A stretch of 39,142 nt of DNA, from the IMG/VR virus record IMGVR_UViG_3300045988_157503, positions 1-39,142 of that record; one strand, 5' to 3'. The notes under the pieces were generated by a model, which saw only the letters and a program-made list of their open reading frames with translations, had not been told where the DNA came from and did not search any database. Both the position numbers and the translations under genes were made by a program. This document shows, piece after piece, positions 23,639 through 31,681 of this stretch (positions are counted from its first letter, which is position 1; each line of letters opens with the position of its first letter). Origin of the DNA: a virus.

Positions 23639-24544
23639 TTATATCATATTATTTTTTATTCTATCCAAATATTTTTGCTTTATTTTTTCAAAAATATCCT
23701 TATGTATAATTGGTTTATTTTTGTCTACATCAACTACGATTATATCATGCACTCTTTCCTTTATAAGACTCACTTTATCTAGTAGTGCTCCTTCTTCACT
23801 CCTATAATCTATTTCCAAATCTTCTACGCCAGGAACTTTTTCCACTCCGTCTATTACTTCTTTTATTTCCTCAATATTCAGAGTATTTTTCTTTTTTAAT
23901 TTTCTTCCAAACCCTATTTCGATTTTACATTGCGTTCCTTTAAATCTTTTAGCAGCACCAAACAGCATCTTGAATAATGTATCATCTTTATCTTTCTCTT
24001 CTGTCGATTCTGGTCTTAGTGTAACACTTAGTCTAGTACAAAATTTAGCATTTTTAATTTTGTTTTTACTATCTTTTATTATAATTGGTCTTAATGATAT
24101 TACATTGCTTAAATTCTTTTGAAATTTTTCAAATATTTTTTCTAGTAATGGTCTTGTAATGTAATTATGATTAATTTGCATTGCAAGTATAAATCTTTTT
24201 TCATCATACAATAGAGTTACCGATTCTGCATAATATTTATTTCCATCTAGAGTAACAATAACATACTCCCCCGAGTCATCGTCTACTATCCCTGGCATCA
24301 CATACTTTCTAGCTCTTAATAATTGTATTTCCCATATAGCCTCATCTTTATGATACTGTATTTCTTGTACTCTAACCTTTTCTTCGTTATATTCAAATGT
24401 TCTATCATTTATATCTGCATTTTGAAGATGCAATAATATTGGAGATATATCGCACTTTCCTTCTTTATATCCATCCTTTTCCTTTGCTTTACAATATGAC
24501 CATACTTCATAATAATCTACATTTATGCCTCTTTTTTTTGACAT
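23639..24544 (-). CDS. Soluble 301-aa protein of unknown function, first gene of the accessory cassette
   Basis: ORF-track ORF 23639..24583. The internal ATG at 24544 has RBS AAGGGG at 7-nt spacing, while the ATG at 24583 has none. I see no Walker, HxH, HNH or HEPN motif. Confidence 0.7.
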   Translation of the reverse strand: MSKKRGINVDYYEVWSYCKAKEKDGYKEGKCDISPILLHLQNADINDRTFEYNEEKVRVQEIQYHKDEAIWEIQLLRARKYVMPGIVDDDSGEYVIVTLDGNKYYAESVTLLYDEKRFILAMQINHNYITRPLLEKIFEKFQKNLSNVISLRPIIIKDSKNKIKNAKFCTRLSVTLRPESTEEKDKDDTLFKMLFGAAKRFKGTQCKIEIGFGRKLKKKNTLNIEEIKEVIDGVEKVPGVEDLEIDYRSEEGALLDKVSLIKERVHDIIVVDVDKNKPIIHKDIFEKIKQKYLDRIKNNMI

Positions 24545-24584
24545 ATAATCGCCCCTTAATAAGAATACATTAAAAATATGCATT

Positions 24585-24816
24585 TTTCAACTTATTTCGA
24601 TATACATATTTCTACAAAATTCGACAAATTGAATTATTCTTTATTTTTTTGACTATACTAAAAAAGTTTCGGCATCTAATAGTATTAACATTCTCTCCAT
24701 ATAATAAAGGAGCTAGATTTTTCTAACTCCTTCTTTTACAATTATAATTATAGCACCTCAAAAGCGAAATTAAAAGGAAGTTTTTGCGAAATTTTAGCGA
24801 AGTTTTTGCGAAGTTC
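24585..24816 (-). promoter_or_regulatory. Regulatory region of the cassette / late region: phased TTCGC repeats, extended -10 promoter, hairpin, second candidate promoter
   Basis: Minus-strand elements, in order. TTCGC boxes (plus strand GCGAA) lie at 24808-12, 24797-801 and 24786-90 with an 11-nt period, plus one at 24764-68. TGcTATAAT is at 24755-24747. A hairpin spans 24707-24732. TTGTCG (24627-22), 17 nt, TATATC (24604-24599) overlaps the AAATTCGACAAAT motif. Confidence 0.45.
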
Positions 24817-25368
24817 TCATCCTTCTCCCACATTTATTACTTCTAACATGCTATCTAGTGCACTATCTCTGTATACTTGTAATTGCTTTATTGATTTATG
24901 TATTTCAAAGTTATCAAAATATGCTTTCTCTACATAATTCCATTTTGATTTTTTCATATAGTATTTTCTAATAACAAATTCTTCGTCTTCTGATAATTGA
25001 TTTAGCATATTTTCGACTCGTACTATTTTTTGATCTAGTTCTAGTTTAATATCTTGATATTCCCTTACTTTTCTTTCTAAAAAAGCTCTATCTTCTTTGT
25101 TTATATGGTATTCTTCTTTGTGATAATTCATTGCTGTGTTGGCAACTTTATCTGATACTTTATTTGTATTGCTATGAAATGTATCATAGTCATTTCCTGA
25201 TAATTGCATAGCTTCTATTATCTCTTCTGGTGTATCTTCATATACAGTTCCTGCATAGTCTAATCTTTTATTATATTGTTCTAATTTTAATTTTACTTCT
25301 GTTAATTTTGCTTCATTTTTAGGATGCTCTATTAACATATTTTCAATATCTTCTTTAATATATTGCAT
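24817..25368 (-). CDS. Putative late-gene transcriptional regulator (sigma-70 region-4-like / ArpU-RinA-type)
   Basis: It is the last gene before the packaging region. The C-terminus LSEDEEFVIRKYYMKKSKWNYVEKAYFDNFEIHKSIKQLQVYRDSALDSM resembles a sigma region-4 HTH. Assignment is by pattern only. Confidence 0.45.
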   Translation of the reverse strand: MQYIKEDIENMLIEHPKNEAKLTEVKLKLEQYNKRLDYAGTVYEDTPEEIIEAMQLSGNDYDTFHSNTNKVSDKVANTAMNYHKEEYHINKEDRAFLERKVREYQDIKLELDQKIVRVENMLNQLSEDEEFVIRKYYMKKSKWNYVEKAYFDNFEIHKSIKQLQVYRDSALDSMLEVINVGEG

Positions 25369-25380
25369 CTTCTGTACCTC

Positions 25381-25527
25381 CTACAAATATTTTTTTAGAT
25401 CTTCTTTTCTGACTGCTAATGTTAACTTGCCTAACTCAAAACTTATAACTCCATCTTTATCTAATATCTCAAACTGCTTTTTTACTATTGTATCTCCATT
25501 TATCATAACCATTTCTATTTTATCCAT
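25381..25527 (-). CDS. Hypothetical 48-aa protein
   Basis: The ATG at 25527 is preceded by GGAGGT at 7 nt. The longer ORF-track start (25572) would overlap the upstream gene. Confidence 0.5.
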   Translation of the reverse strand: MDKIEMVMINGDTIVKKQFEILDKDGVISFELGKLTLAVRKEDLKKYL

Positions 25528-25543
25528 TACGTGTACCTCCAGA

Positions 25544-25873
25544 TTATCTGATTTCTTTTGCTTTATTCTCAAAATATTGTTTTATACAATTTAAGCACTT
25601 TTCACAATGCCCATCTATATAATTATCTGCATAGCAACCTTCTTTTGTGCAAAATTCATCTACTGTTAATTCATCTTCAATGTATTCTGCCATTAAATCT
25701 ATTATTTTATCTTTTTGATCCAGCTCTTGCTTTTGCCATTCCATATATTCAGCTAATGCCTTTTCGTTCTCTTTTTGTAGTTTTTCTATATTTTCTACTA
25801 GTGACCTTTTGCCACATTGAGTTGATCTATCTTGATATAATAAACTTATTAACTCTTCTAATTTTTCACTCAT
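25544..25873 (-). CDS. Hypothetical coiled-coil protein with a Cys-rich C-terminus (109 aa)
   Basis: ATG with a GGAG RBS. C-terminus is CTKEGCYADNYIDGHCEKCLNC. Confidence 0.6.
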   Translation of the reverse strand: MSEKLEELISLLYQDRSTQCGKRSLVENIEKLQKENEKALAEYMEWQKQELDQKDKIIDLMAEYIEDELTVDEFCTKEGCYADNYIDGHCEKCLNCIKQYFENKAKEIR

Positions 25874-25877
25874 ATTA

Positions 25878-26378
25878 TTACTCCTTTTCTAGTAATTCTT
25901 GTAAAACATCTATTTTTGCTTCTCTTTGAAATTCATGTAATGCTATACAATCTTTTCCCATTTTTGCTTTTATCTCTTCTATCTTGTCTTTTACTTTTTG
26001 AATTGAAATGAAATTATTTTCTGTTCTCTTTTGCTCTACATTATCATTAATTATTTCTAATGTATTCCAATTATCATGAGTATTTATTACTCTTGGTTTA
26101 ATATTTTCTAATACTGCAATACTTCCACTTTCCCATTGATGTAATATTATTCCTATTTTTCCATCTCTTTTATTTTTTACTGGTAGCCCCACCAATTCTC
26201 TTTCCTGTCTCAATTCCTCATTCTCTTTTAATACTCTTTTATAATCTGATAAAATATGTTCTAGTGCTTTTATTTCTTTTTGATTTATTGTTTGATTTTC
26301 TATACCTTTTAAATAATCATTATTTATTTTTATTATACTTTCTAATATTTTTATATCTTCTTCTATACTATTTTCCAC
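25878..26378 (-). CDS. Hypothetical protein (166 aa)
   Basis: GTG start with GGAGG at 7 nt. Tightly packed in the early operon. Confidence 0.6.
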   Translation of the reverse strand: MENSIEEDIKILESIIKINNDYLKGIENQTINQKEIKALEHILSDYKRVLKENEELRQERELVGLPVKNKRDGKIGIILHQWESGSIAVLENIKPRVINTHDNWNTLEIINDNVEQKRTENNFISIQKVKDKIEEIKAKMGKDCIALHEFQREAKIDVLQELLEKE

Positions 26379-26563
26379 TACTCGTCCTCCTTAATATCTT
26401 CAATTTCAATATTCAATAAATATTTCCATATCTTCTTTTGTAACCAATTAAATTTTGTAGAAACCTCTATTTTTACCTCTGTTCCACCTAATTCCATTTT
26501 TCCTATTTTTATAATCGATTTTCCTCGTTTTCTCAAAGATAATGCTTCATCATTTTCTTTCAC
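26378..26563 (-). CDS. Hypothetical protein (61 aa)
   Basis: GTG start with GGAGG at 8 nt. It overlaps the next gene by 1 nt. Confidence 0.5.
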   Translation of the reverse strand: MKENDEALSLRKRGKSIIKIGKMELGGTEVKIEVSTKFNWLQKKIWKYLLNIEIEDIKEDE

Positions 26564-26575
26564 TTAAAACGCCTC

Positions 26576-26833
26576 CTAAATGTTATTTAATTCCAATTTA
26601 TAGTTTTTCCAATTAAGCCATCCTAATTCATATTCTTGAAGTAATATTGCTTCAAACTCTTTATTTCCGTATCCTCTTTGCTCTGCTGTGTCATAATCAT
26701 AAACTGACCATTCTTTGTTTTTAAGATTAAATAATATTGTTTTATTATTCTTTGCTTTGTAGTAAAAAAATCCATCTTCACAATATATTTTTGTATATCC
26801 TAATTCTCCAAACATCTCATTTGCTGTTTTCAC
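26576..26833 (-). CDS. Hypothetical protein (85 aa)
   Basis: GTG start with GGAGGAG at 9 nt. Confidence 0.55.
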   Translation of the reverse strand: MKTANEMFGELGYTKIYCEDGFFYYKAKNNKTILFNLKNKEWSVYDYDTAEQRGYGNKEFEAILLQEYELGWLNWKNYKLELNNI

Positions 26834-26852
26834 TATATATCACTCCTCCTTT

Positions 26853-27119
26853 TTAATTTATAGGAAATAGCACTATACACTTTTGTGCTATGTCTTTGTT
26901 ATTTTCATATGTTTCTCCTTCAAGTTCATTTTCGTCATCTATATATTCTTGATTTAAAAATTGTCCACTCCAAGTATTGTTTGGGATATAATATCCTTTT
27001 CCAAATCCTAATGTTCCTTCAAGTGGACTATAATAATTCCCCTCTTCATCTGCACTCAATATAACTTCCGCATTCTCATCTTCTAATTTCAATTTTTCTA
27101 TCAATTCTTTAACTTTCAT
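26853..27119 (-). CDS. Hypothetical acidic protein (88 aa)
   Basis: ATG start. It has a 4-nt overlap (ATGA) with the upstream gene. Confidence 0.6.
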   Translation of the reverse strand: MKVKELIEKLKLEDENAEVILSADEEGNYYSPLEGTLGFGKGYYIPNNTWSGQFLNQEYIDDENELEGETYENNKDIAQKCIVLFPIN

Positions 27120-27439
27120 TTTATATTATTCCTTTCTAACTTTTCTATATCACAATCTTCCATAGTTGCATAATAAACGTTATCATCTAATATCCTTCTT
27201 AAAAGAATATCTAAATCATCAACTATTAAACCTTTTCTATTACCTATTACTTTTTTTCTCAATTCTGTTGCCAATATGGGTTCTGGCATTATCCTTTTTA
27301 CGTCTATTTCTCTAGCTGTTTGTTCTATTTGCTTTTTATGTTCATAACTCCAGCATATTATTGGCATTTGTTTTTCTACTGACAATTGAATTGCTTTCAT
27401 AGTCTTTCCGTTTGCTCTACCACCACAATATATTTTCAT
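27116..27439 (-). CDS. Minimal P-loop NTPase-like protein (107 aa)
   Basis: Walker A-like GGRANGKT (aa 6-13) and Walker B-like LIVDDLD (aa 71-77). Confidence 0.5.
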   Translation of the reverse strand: MKIYCGGRANGKTMKAIQLSVEKQMPIICWSYEHKKQIEQTAREIDVKRIMPEPILATELRKKVIGNRKGLIVDDLDILLRRILDDNVYYATMEDCDIEKLERNNIK

Positions 27440-27446
27440 ATCTTAT

Positions 27447-27695
27447 TTACTCCTTTACTATTAGACCTGCTTTCGTTAAATCATATAATTTATCTAGTAT
27501 TTTTTCTGGAATAGAATTACTATAAGTTTCTACTTTTATTTCATTATTATTGTTATGACATGGCAACAAATCTATATATATTCTTGATTCAATTCCATGC
27601 TGCTTTGTTTTATATTCAAATTTTTCTCTTGTTCCATATTTAAATCCAAACTTTTCTAATTCACTTAATTCTACAGTATCACTTTTTCTTAACAT
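27447..27695 (-). CDS. Hypothetical protein (82 aa)
   Basis: ATG with RBS AGGAGGAG. Confidence 0.6.
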   Translation of the reverse strand: MLRKSDTVELSELEKFGFKYGTREKFEYKTKQHGIESRIYIDLLPCHNNNNEIKVETYSNSIPEKILDKLYDLTKAGLIVKE

Positions 27696-27697
27696 AT

Positions 27698-28213
27698 CTA
27701 TTCTCCTCCTAATAACTCTGGATTATCGTATATATTATCTTTGTATTTCCACTCATATCCTCCACAAAATTTTCTCTTTCCATTCAAACAACTAGATATA
27801 TTTCCTTGTGATAATCCTGTTTTAATTACTGCTTCTCTTTGAGAGTCAAACTCCTCAATAATCATATTGTTTTTTATCATCACAATTTTTCTTGCTCTAA
27901 TTCTTTTGAGCTCCATTCTTTGTTTGTATCTATTTTCCTTCCAGCTTAACCAATGTATATTATCAAAGCTGTAATCTTTAAAACAATTTATTCTATCTAT
28001 TGTTGGCTTATATTGTATGTTACAATTGTGTTCTATCCACTCATTGTATAATCTAGTAAAAATAATATTATTTATATACTTTTCTTGGAATTGTTCTAAT
28101 GAGAAATCAACATTTCTTCTATCTTTACAATGATTATATATATTAGTTAATACACCTTTCTTTGTTTTTCTATATTTTTTAGTATTATTCAAAATATTCT
28201 CCTGTGATTTCAT
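27698..28213 (-). CDS. HNH-type homing endonuclease with a C-terminal NUMOD-like DNA-binding motif
   Basis: DRINCFKDYSFDNIHWLSWKENRYKQ is an HNH-like core. EEFDSQREAVIKTGLSQGNISSCLNGKRKFCGGYEWKY is a NUMOD/IENR-type motif. The start is taken at ATG 28213 (AAAGGAA RBS). It overlaps the YopX 3' end. Confidence 0.65.
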   Translation of the reverse strand: MKSQENILNNTKKYRKTKKGVLTNIYNHCKDRRNVDFSLEQFQEKYINNIIFTRLYNEWIEHNCNIQYKPTIDRINCFKDYSFDNIHWLSWKENRYKQRMELKRIRARKIVMIKNNMIIEEFDSQREAVIKTGLSQGNISSCLNGKRKFCGGYEWKYKDNIYDNPELLGGE

Positions 28214-28556
28214 AATTTTTATTCCTTTCAAAATCAATTATATTTCCATTATTCTTATTCTTTAATGCAAATTTGGAGAAATTATAAACTACTATATATT
28301 CATTATTTATAATCATACTTTCATATATTTCTTTTCCTTTTATGTCATGTATTCCTGTATATTGCATTAGTTCTAATGCTGTTATATCGCATTTTTCTGA
28401 ATTGTGATTTTTGTTATAAGCTGTACACATACCATTTTTATGTCCAACTGCTATTATTCTTATTTCTTGTGAAAAAATATCATAATCTATACTACTTATT
28501 GGATACATTTGTTTTTCATATTTATCCCAAACTCTAAACTTTATTTCTCTATTCAT
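28185..28556 (-). CDS. YopX-family protein (123 aa)
   Basis: The N-terminus MNREIKFRVWDKYEKQMY is the YopX hallmark. Confidence 0.65.
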   Translation of the reverse strand: MNREIKFRVWDKYEKQMYPISSIDYDIFSQEIRIIAVGHKNGMCTAYNKNHNSEKCDITALELMQYTGIHDIKGKEIYESMIINNEYIVVYNFSKFALKNKNNGNIIDFERNKNYEITGEYFE

Positions 28557-28815
28557 CTTCTCCTCCTACTTTATAGCAATTAGCCATGTATTGCTCTTTT
28601 GTTAGTATTGTTTCTATGTTTTTATTTTTTAGAAAGCCTGTAAATTCTTCAAAATCGTTATCCCATTCTACATACAATTTGTTATCTTCTATATGCAAAA
28701 TTTCCATTTCATTTACATAATCTCCGACTTCTATTAAATCTATTAGTTGTTTGCTGTGGTTTATAATCTCATCTTTTAATTGATATTCTTCTAAAATGCA
28801 AGTAAACTCCCCCAT
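28549..28815 (-). CDS. Hypothetical acidic protein (88 aa)
   Basis: ORF in the early operon with an ATG start. Confidence 0.55.
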   Translation of the reverse strand: MGEFTCILEEYQLKDEIINHSKQLIDLIEVGDYVNEMEILHIEDNKLYVEWDNDFEEFTGFLKNKNIETILTKEQYMANCYKVGGEDE

Positions 28816-28928
28816 TCATTTGCTATATCAGTTTCTAATTCATATTTTTTATCATAAATATCTATAATTTTATTTATTCCTTGATTTCTTGCTAATCTCA
28901 CATATTCGTTTACTTTTATCTCTTTCAT
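28791..28928 (-). CDS. Possible 45-aa ORF filling the gap (below the ORF-track cutoff)
   Basis: The ATG at 28928 overlaps the upstream TGA (ATGA), with GGGAGG 4 nt upstream. Product is MKEIKVNEYVRLARNQGINKIIDIYDKKYELETDIANEWGSLLAF. It overlaps the next gene by 25 nt. Confidence 0.35.
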   Translation of the reverse strand: MKEIKVNEYVRLARNQGINKIIDIYDKKYELETDIANEWGSLLAF

Positions 28929-29266
28929 ATTTCCTCCCTTGTAATAATTTTTATACTTAGCTCTGGATACTTATACTCAAATAATTTCTGCTTAATCTTA
29001 AATGTCTCTGTTTTCATTCCTTTTGTGTCTTCTACAATTGTTTGTCCATTTTCCTCGTAAACAAAATCTGCTATGTACTCTATTTTTCTATGTGTCTTGC
29101 CATTTTTCTTGAATCCTTCTTGTAATAGAAATGGTACTTGCAGTCTCAATTTACTTATCTGTTTTGCTCTCTGCAACAGCTTTAATTCTTTATATCTTGT
29201 TGCTTCTAGATTACTTTCAAACTTTATATTGTCTACTACTGTTTTTTTATTTCTGTATTTGCTCAT
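28925..29266 (-). CDS. DUF1064-family protein (putative Holliday-junction resolvase-type nuclease)
   Basis: KYRNKKTVVDNIKFESNLEATRYKELKLLQRAKQISKLRLQVPF...IEYIADFVYEENGQTIVEDTKG matches the DUF1064 pattern. Confidence 0.65.
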   Translation of the reverse strand: MSKYRNKKTVVDNIKFESNLEATRYKELKLLQRAKQISKLRLQVPFLLQEGFKKNGKTHRKIEYIADFVYEENGQTIVEDTKGMKTETFKIKQKLFEYKYPELSIKIITREEI

Positions 29267-29648
29267 CTTTTATCTCCAGTTCCTCAGTTAAATACTGATA
29301 AGTGTATTTAGGGTTATTTTTTCTGTTTTCTAACTCTTTTAAATTCTTTAATGCTTGCATTAAATCTTTCTCTATAAACTTATTTTTATATTTATCTACA
29401 AAAGTATCTTTTAGAGAACGAATAACATCTATTTCATCTTTTACTTGTCTTCGCTCTGTTCTTACATATTTTAATTGTTTTACTATTTTACAAGACTTAA
29501 CTGCATCTAAATTATGATTTTCTATGTAATGTAATAGTTCATCTTGCTTAATGTCCCATACGCTTTGTTTACTGTACAATTCAGCTAATCTTTTATCTAT
29601 ATCTTGAAAAAAAGTAAGTGTATATTTTAAAATATCTTCTATTCCCAT
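29247..29648 (-). CDS. Hypothetical coiled-coil protein (133 aa)
   Basis: ORF with an ATG and GGAGAAAAA upstream. Confidence 0.55.
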   Translation of the reverse strand: MGIEDILKYTLTFFQDIDKRLAELYSKQSVWDIKQDELLHYIENHNLDAVKSCKIVKQLKYVRTERRQVKDEIDVIRSLKDTFVDKYKNKFIEKDLMQALKNLKELENRKNNPKYTYQYLTEELEIKDEQIQK

Positions 29649-29818
29649 TTTTTCTCCTGTATCCCTAAATTTAATTTAATTTGCTTTATGCTATCTTCTG
29701 CTGTTGGCAAATATGGACATTTTTTGGGTTCTTTCCACTCTGTTTCTGCTAATCCCACACAGCCTAAACATTTTTTATTTTCTATTGCACTTTTGCAAGG
29801 TTCTTTTAGTTCTCTCAT
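29639..29818 (-). CDS. Hypothetical Cys-containing 59-aa protein (below the ORF-track cutoff)
   Basis: The ATG at 29818 has GAGGAG 6 nt upstream. Product is MRELKEPCKSAIENKKCLGCVGLAETEWKEPKKCPYLPTAEDSIKQIKLNLGIQEKKWE. It fills an otherwise empty 173-nt gap. Confidence 0.5.
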   Translation of the reverse strand: MRELKEPCKSAIENKKCLGCVGLAETEWKEPKKCPYLPTAEDSIKQIKLNLGIQEKKWE

Positions 29819-29821
29819 AGA

Positions 29822-30040
29822 CTACTCCTCTGGCATATTGTATCTTCTTGCTCCTATATCATACCAATGTATGATATCTCTTAATACTTCTTCTGCTCTC
29901 TCTACTGTTTTATATTTTCCTAACAACGCGCAATCATTAACTCCAAGTCTTACCTTAATTTCTCCGTCCGCGTTTGCTCCAACTAAATTTACGTTTTCAA
30001 AATTTATGATATTCATCTTCTTTTGACTTACTATTATCAT
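29822..30040 (-). CDS. Hypothetical protein (72 aa)
   Basis: ATG with GGAGGT upstream. Confidence 0.55.
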   Translation of the reverse strand: MIIVSQKKMNIINFENVNLVGANADGEIKVRLGVNDCALLGKYKTVERAEEVLRDIIHWYDIGARRYNMPEE

Positions 30041-30049
30041 AACTACCTC

Positions 30050-30370
30050 CTAATCTATTCTTGGAATATGTTCGTAATTCAATGCCTCAAATCCTGACTG
30101 TGTTCTCTCATATACTGCTACTGTCTTACCTGTATAATCGCATTTCTTTTTACCTATTGTTTTTACATATCCCATTTTCTCTAATTCTGTTAATCTTGGT
30201 GCTGTATAATTCCTCTCTGTTGTATTTGTAAAACCTAAATCAAATAGTTCTACTGCTAATTCCTTTGCTGTTTTAGGTTTCTCCAATCTATTTAAAATTT
30301 GTATATATCTTATTTTTGCTTTATCTTGTATGTCATTAAAACTCATTTGTCTTGTTTCTGCTGTAATCAT
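30050..30370 (-). CDS. Winged-helix DNA-binding protein (106 aa)
   Basis: KTAKELAVELFDLGFTNTTERNYTAPRLTELEKMGYVKTIGKK is MarR/wHTH-like. Confidence 0.5.
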   Translation of the reverse strand: MITAETRQMSFNDIQDKAKIRYIQILNRLEKPKTAKELAVELFDLGFTNTTERNYTAPRLTELEKMGYVKTIGKKKCDYTGKTVAVYERTQSGFEALNYEHIPRID

Positions 30371-30377
30371 TTGTTAA

Positions 30378-30926
30378 TCACACTCCTATCTGTTTTACAC
30401 TTATTTTATCCGCAATTTGTTCTATAAAATTTTGCATTTGTTGTGGTAATAGTTTTTGCTCTTTTTCTCTATTTACTATAACCTCATATTGTTTTAAGAA
30501 TTGCCCCTTTGTTACACTATTTACTGTTGCTATATCTGTTTGCGCTAGTTCTTTTACTTGTCTAACATCTCCGAAAAATCTTTTGACCTCTGGACTTGCC
30601 ATATCAAACTGCTCTTGTGTCATATATGAGCCAGAACAAATCATTTTATATGCTTCGTTCCATGCTTCAATAGCTGTTCTTGATGTGCTTGGATTTATCA
30701 TTTCTACTGCATTTTTTCTAATTTCATGAATTGTAGGAGGATATGGGCTTTCAATTATCGTTTTCTTTACTGCTTGTAAAACTAAGTTATAATCTAAATC
30801 CCCTAAACACTCTTGCCATGTATCTACCATTATTTTTACTTGTTCATCTGTTTCGGTTCTTTTAGCAAAACTCTCATAGTTTCCAGCAAGTAGAGTTAAT
30901 ATTACTACTGTTTCTTGTCTTGTCAT
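30378..30926 (-). CDS. Replicative helicase loader/inhibitor, G39P-like
   Basis: ETVVILTLLAGNYESF...VDTWQECLGDLDYNLVLQAVKKTIIESPYPPTIHEIRKNA fits the SPP1 G39P-family pattern. Confidence 0.6.
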   Translation of the reverse strand: MTRQETVVILTLLAGNYESFAKRTETDEQVKIMVDTWQECLGDLDYNLVLQAVKKTIIESPYPPTIHEIRKNAVEMINPSTSRTAIEAWNEAYKMICSGSYMTQEQFDMASPEVKRFFGDVRQVKELAQTDIATVNSVTKGQFLKQYEVIVNREKEQKLLPQQMQNFIEQIADKISVKQIGV

Positions 30927-30927
30927 T

Positions 30928-31659
30928 TTATCTCCCTTCTTCGAAAGCTCTCTGTAGTGCTGACATTGGTCTCATTTGTTCTATACCTTCGTCTTCCCAC
31001 CTTTTTTGATTTAACCAGGTAGAAGGATATGGAATAAATTGTCCACCATCTTTTTGCCATTCTTTACTGGCCCTAAATTGTTCCAAACTATATAACATAG
31101 AACTAAACAATTCATTCGATGGTTTATTTTTTTGAAACCATTTCTTCACATCTTGCTTTTTTACCTTTTTAGGATATAGGCTATAAAAGTCATTAAATTG
31201 TGTCTCCCACATGTCTAAGATTTTTGTCTCTTCCTCTTCTTCCCCTATAACCCCTTTATCTCTATCTTTATTTTTAATTATATTTTTATTTATATTTATA
31301 TTTTCATTTTCCATATGTTCTTCATATGAATTACATATGTTTTTCATATCTTCTTCATATGTTGTTTTCTCTTCTTTTTTCTTTCTGTTATTTCTTCTAC
31401 TTTCTGAATATGCTTTGCGTTTATTAATTTCTGTTTCTAGTCTTTCATTATAGTAATTGCCTTCTTCATCAATTTTAAATTTGGAGAAAATTTCTTCATT
31501 ATGTGTTTTACATATGTTTAATATATCTTTCTCTTTCAAATGACCTTTTTGATGTTGTAAACATATTAATTTTATATATTGCCCTATTTCTTCATCTGTC
31601 ATTAACATCGTTCCAGAAAGAAAATCGCTACTATAAAATAGAAATGCTGGGTCTTTCAT
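30928..31659 (-). CDS. DUF1376-type replication initiation / replisome organiser protein
   Basis: The N-terminus MKDPAFLFYSSDFLSGTMLMTDEEIGQYIKLICLQH is the DUF1376 (YdaU-like) signature. A basic C-terminal half follows. Confidence 0.65.
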   Translation of the reverse strand: MKDPAFLFYSSDFLSGTMLMTDEEIGQYIKLICLQHQKGHLKEKDILNICKTHNEEIFSKFKIDEEGNYYNERLETEINKRKAYSESRRNNRKKKEEKTTYEEDMKNICNSYEEHMENENININKNIIKNKDRDKGVIGEEEEETKILDMWETQFNDFYSLYPKKVKKQDVKKWFQKNKPSNELFSSMLYSLEQFRASKEWQKDGGQFIPYPSTWLNQKRWEDEGIEQMRPMSALQRAFEEGR

Positions 31660-31681
31660 TGTTTTCTCCTTTCGTAAAATA

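Noticed and set aside
23098-24544. Calling the cassette a Kiwa (KwaA/KwaB) system outright
   Set aside because: Only the architecture (a four-TM protein plus a soluble protein of about 300 aa) is similar. The gene order is reversed and I cannot demonstrate sequence homology without a profile search, so it is reported as unassigned.
24764-24812. Phased short repeats (also 197-224, 1174-1193, 36427-36534) as a CRISPR array
   Set aside because: The units are 10-15 nt with at most 2-4 copies and no unique spacers of CRISPR size. They sit in promoter or att contexts. No CRISPR array is present in the window.
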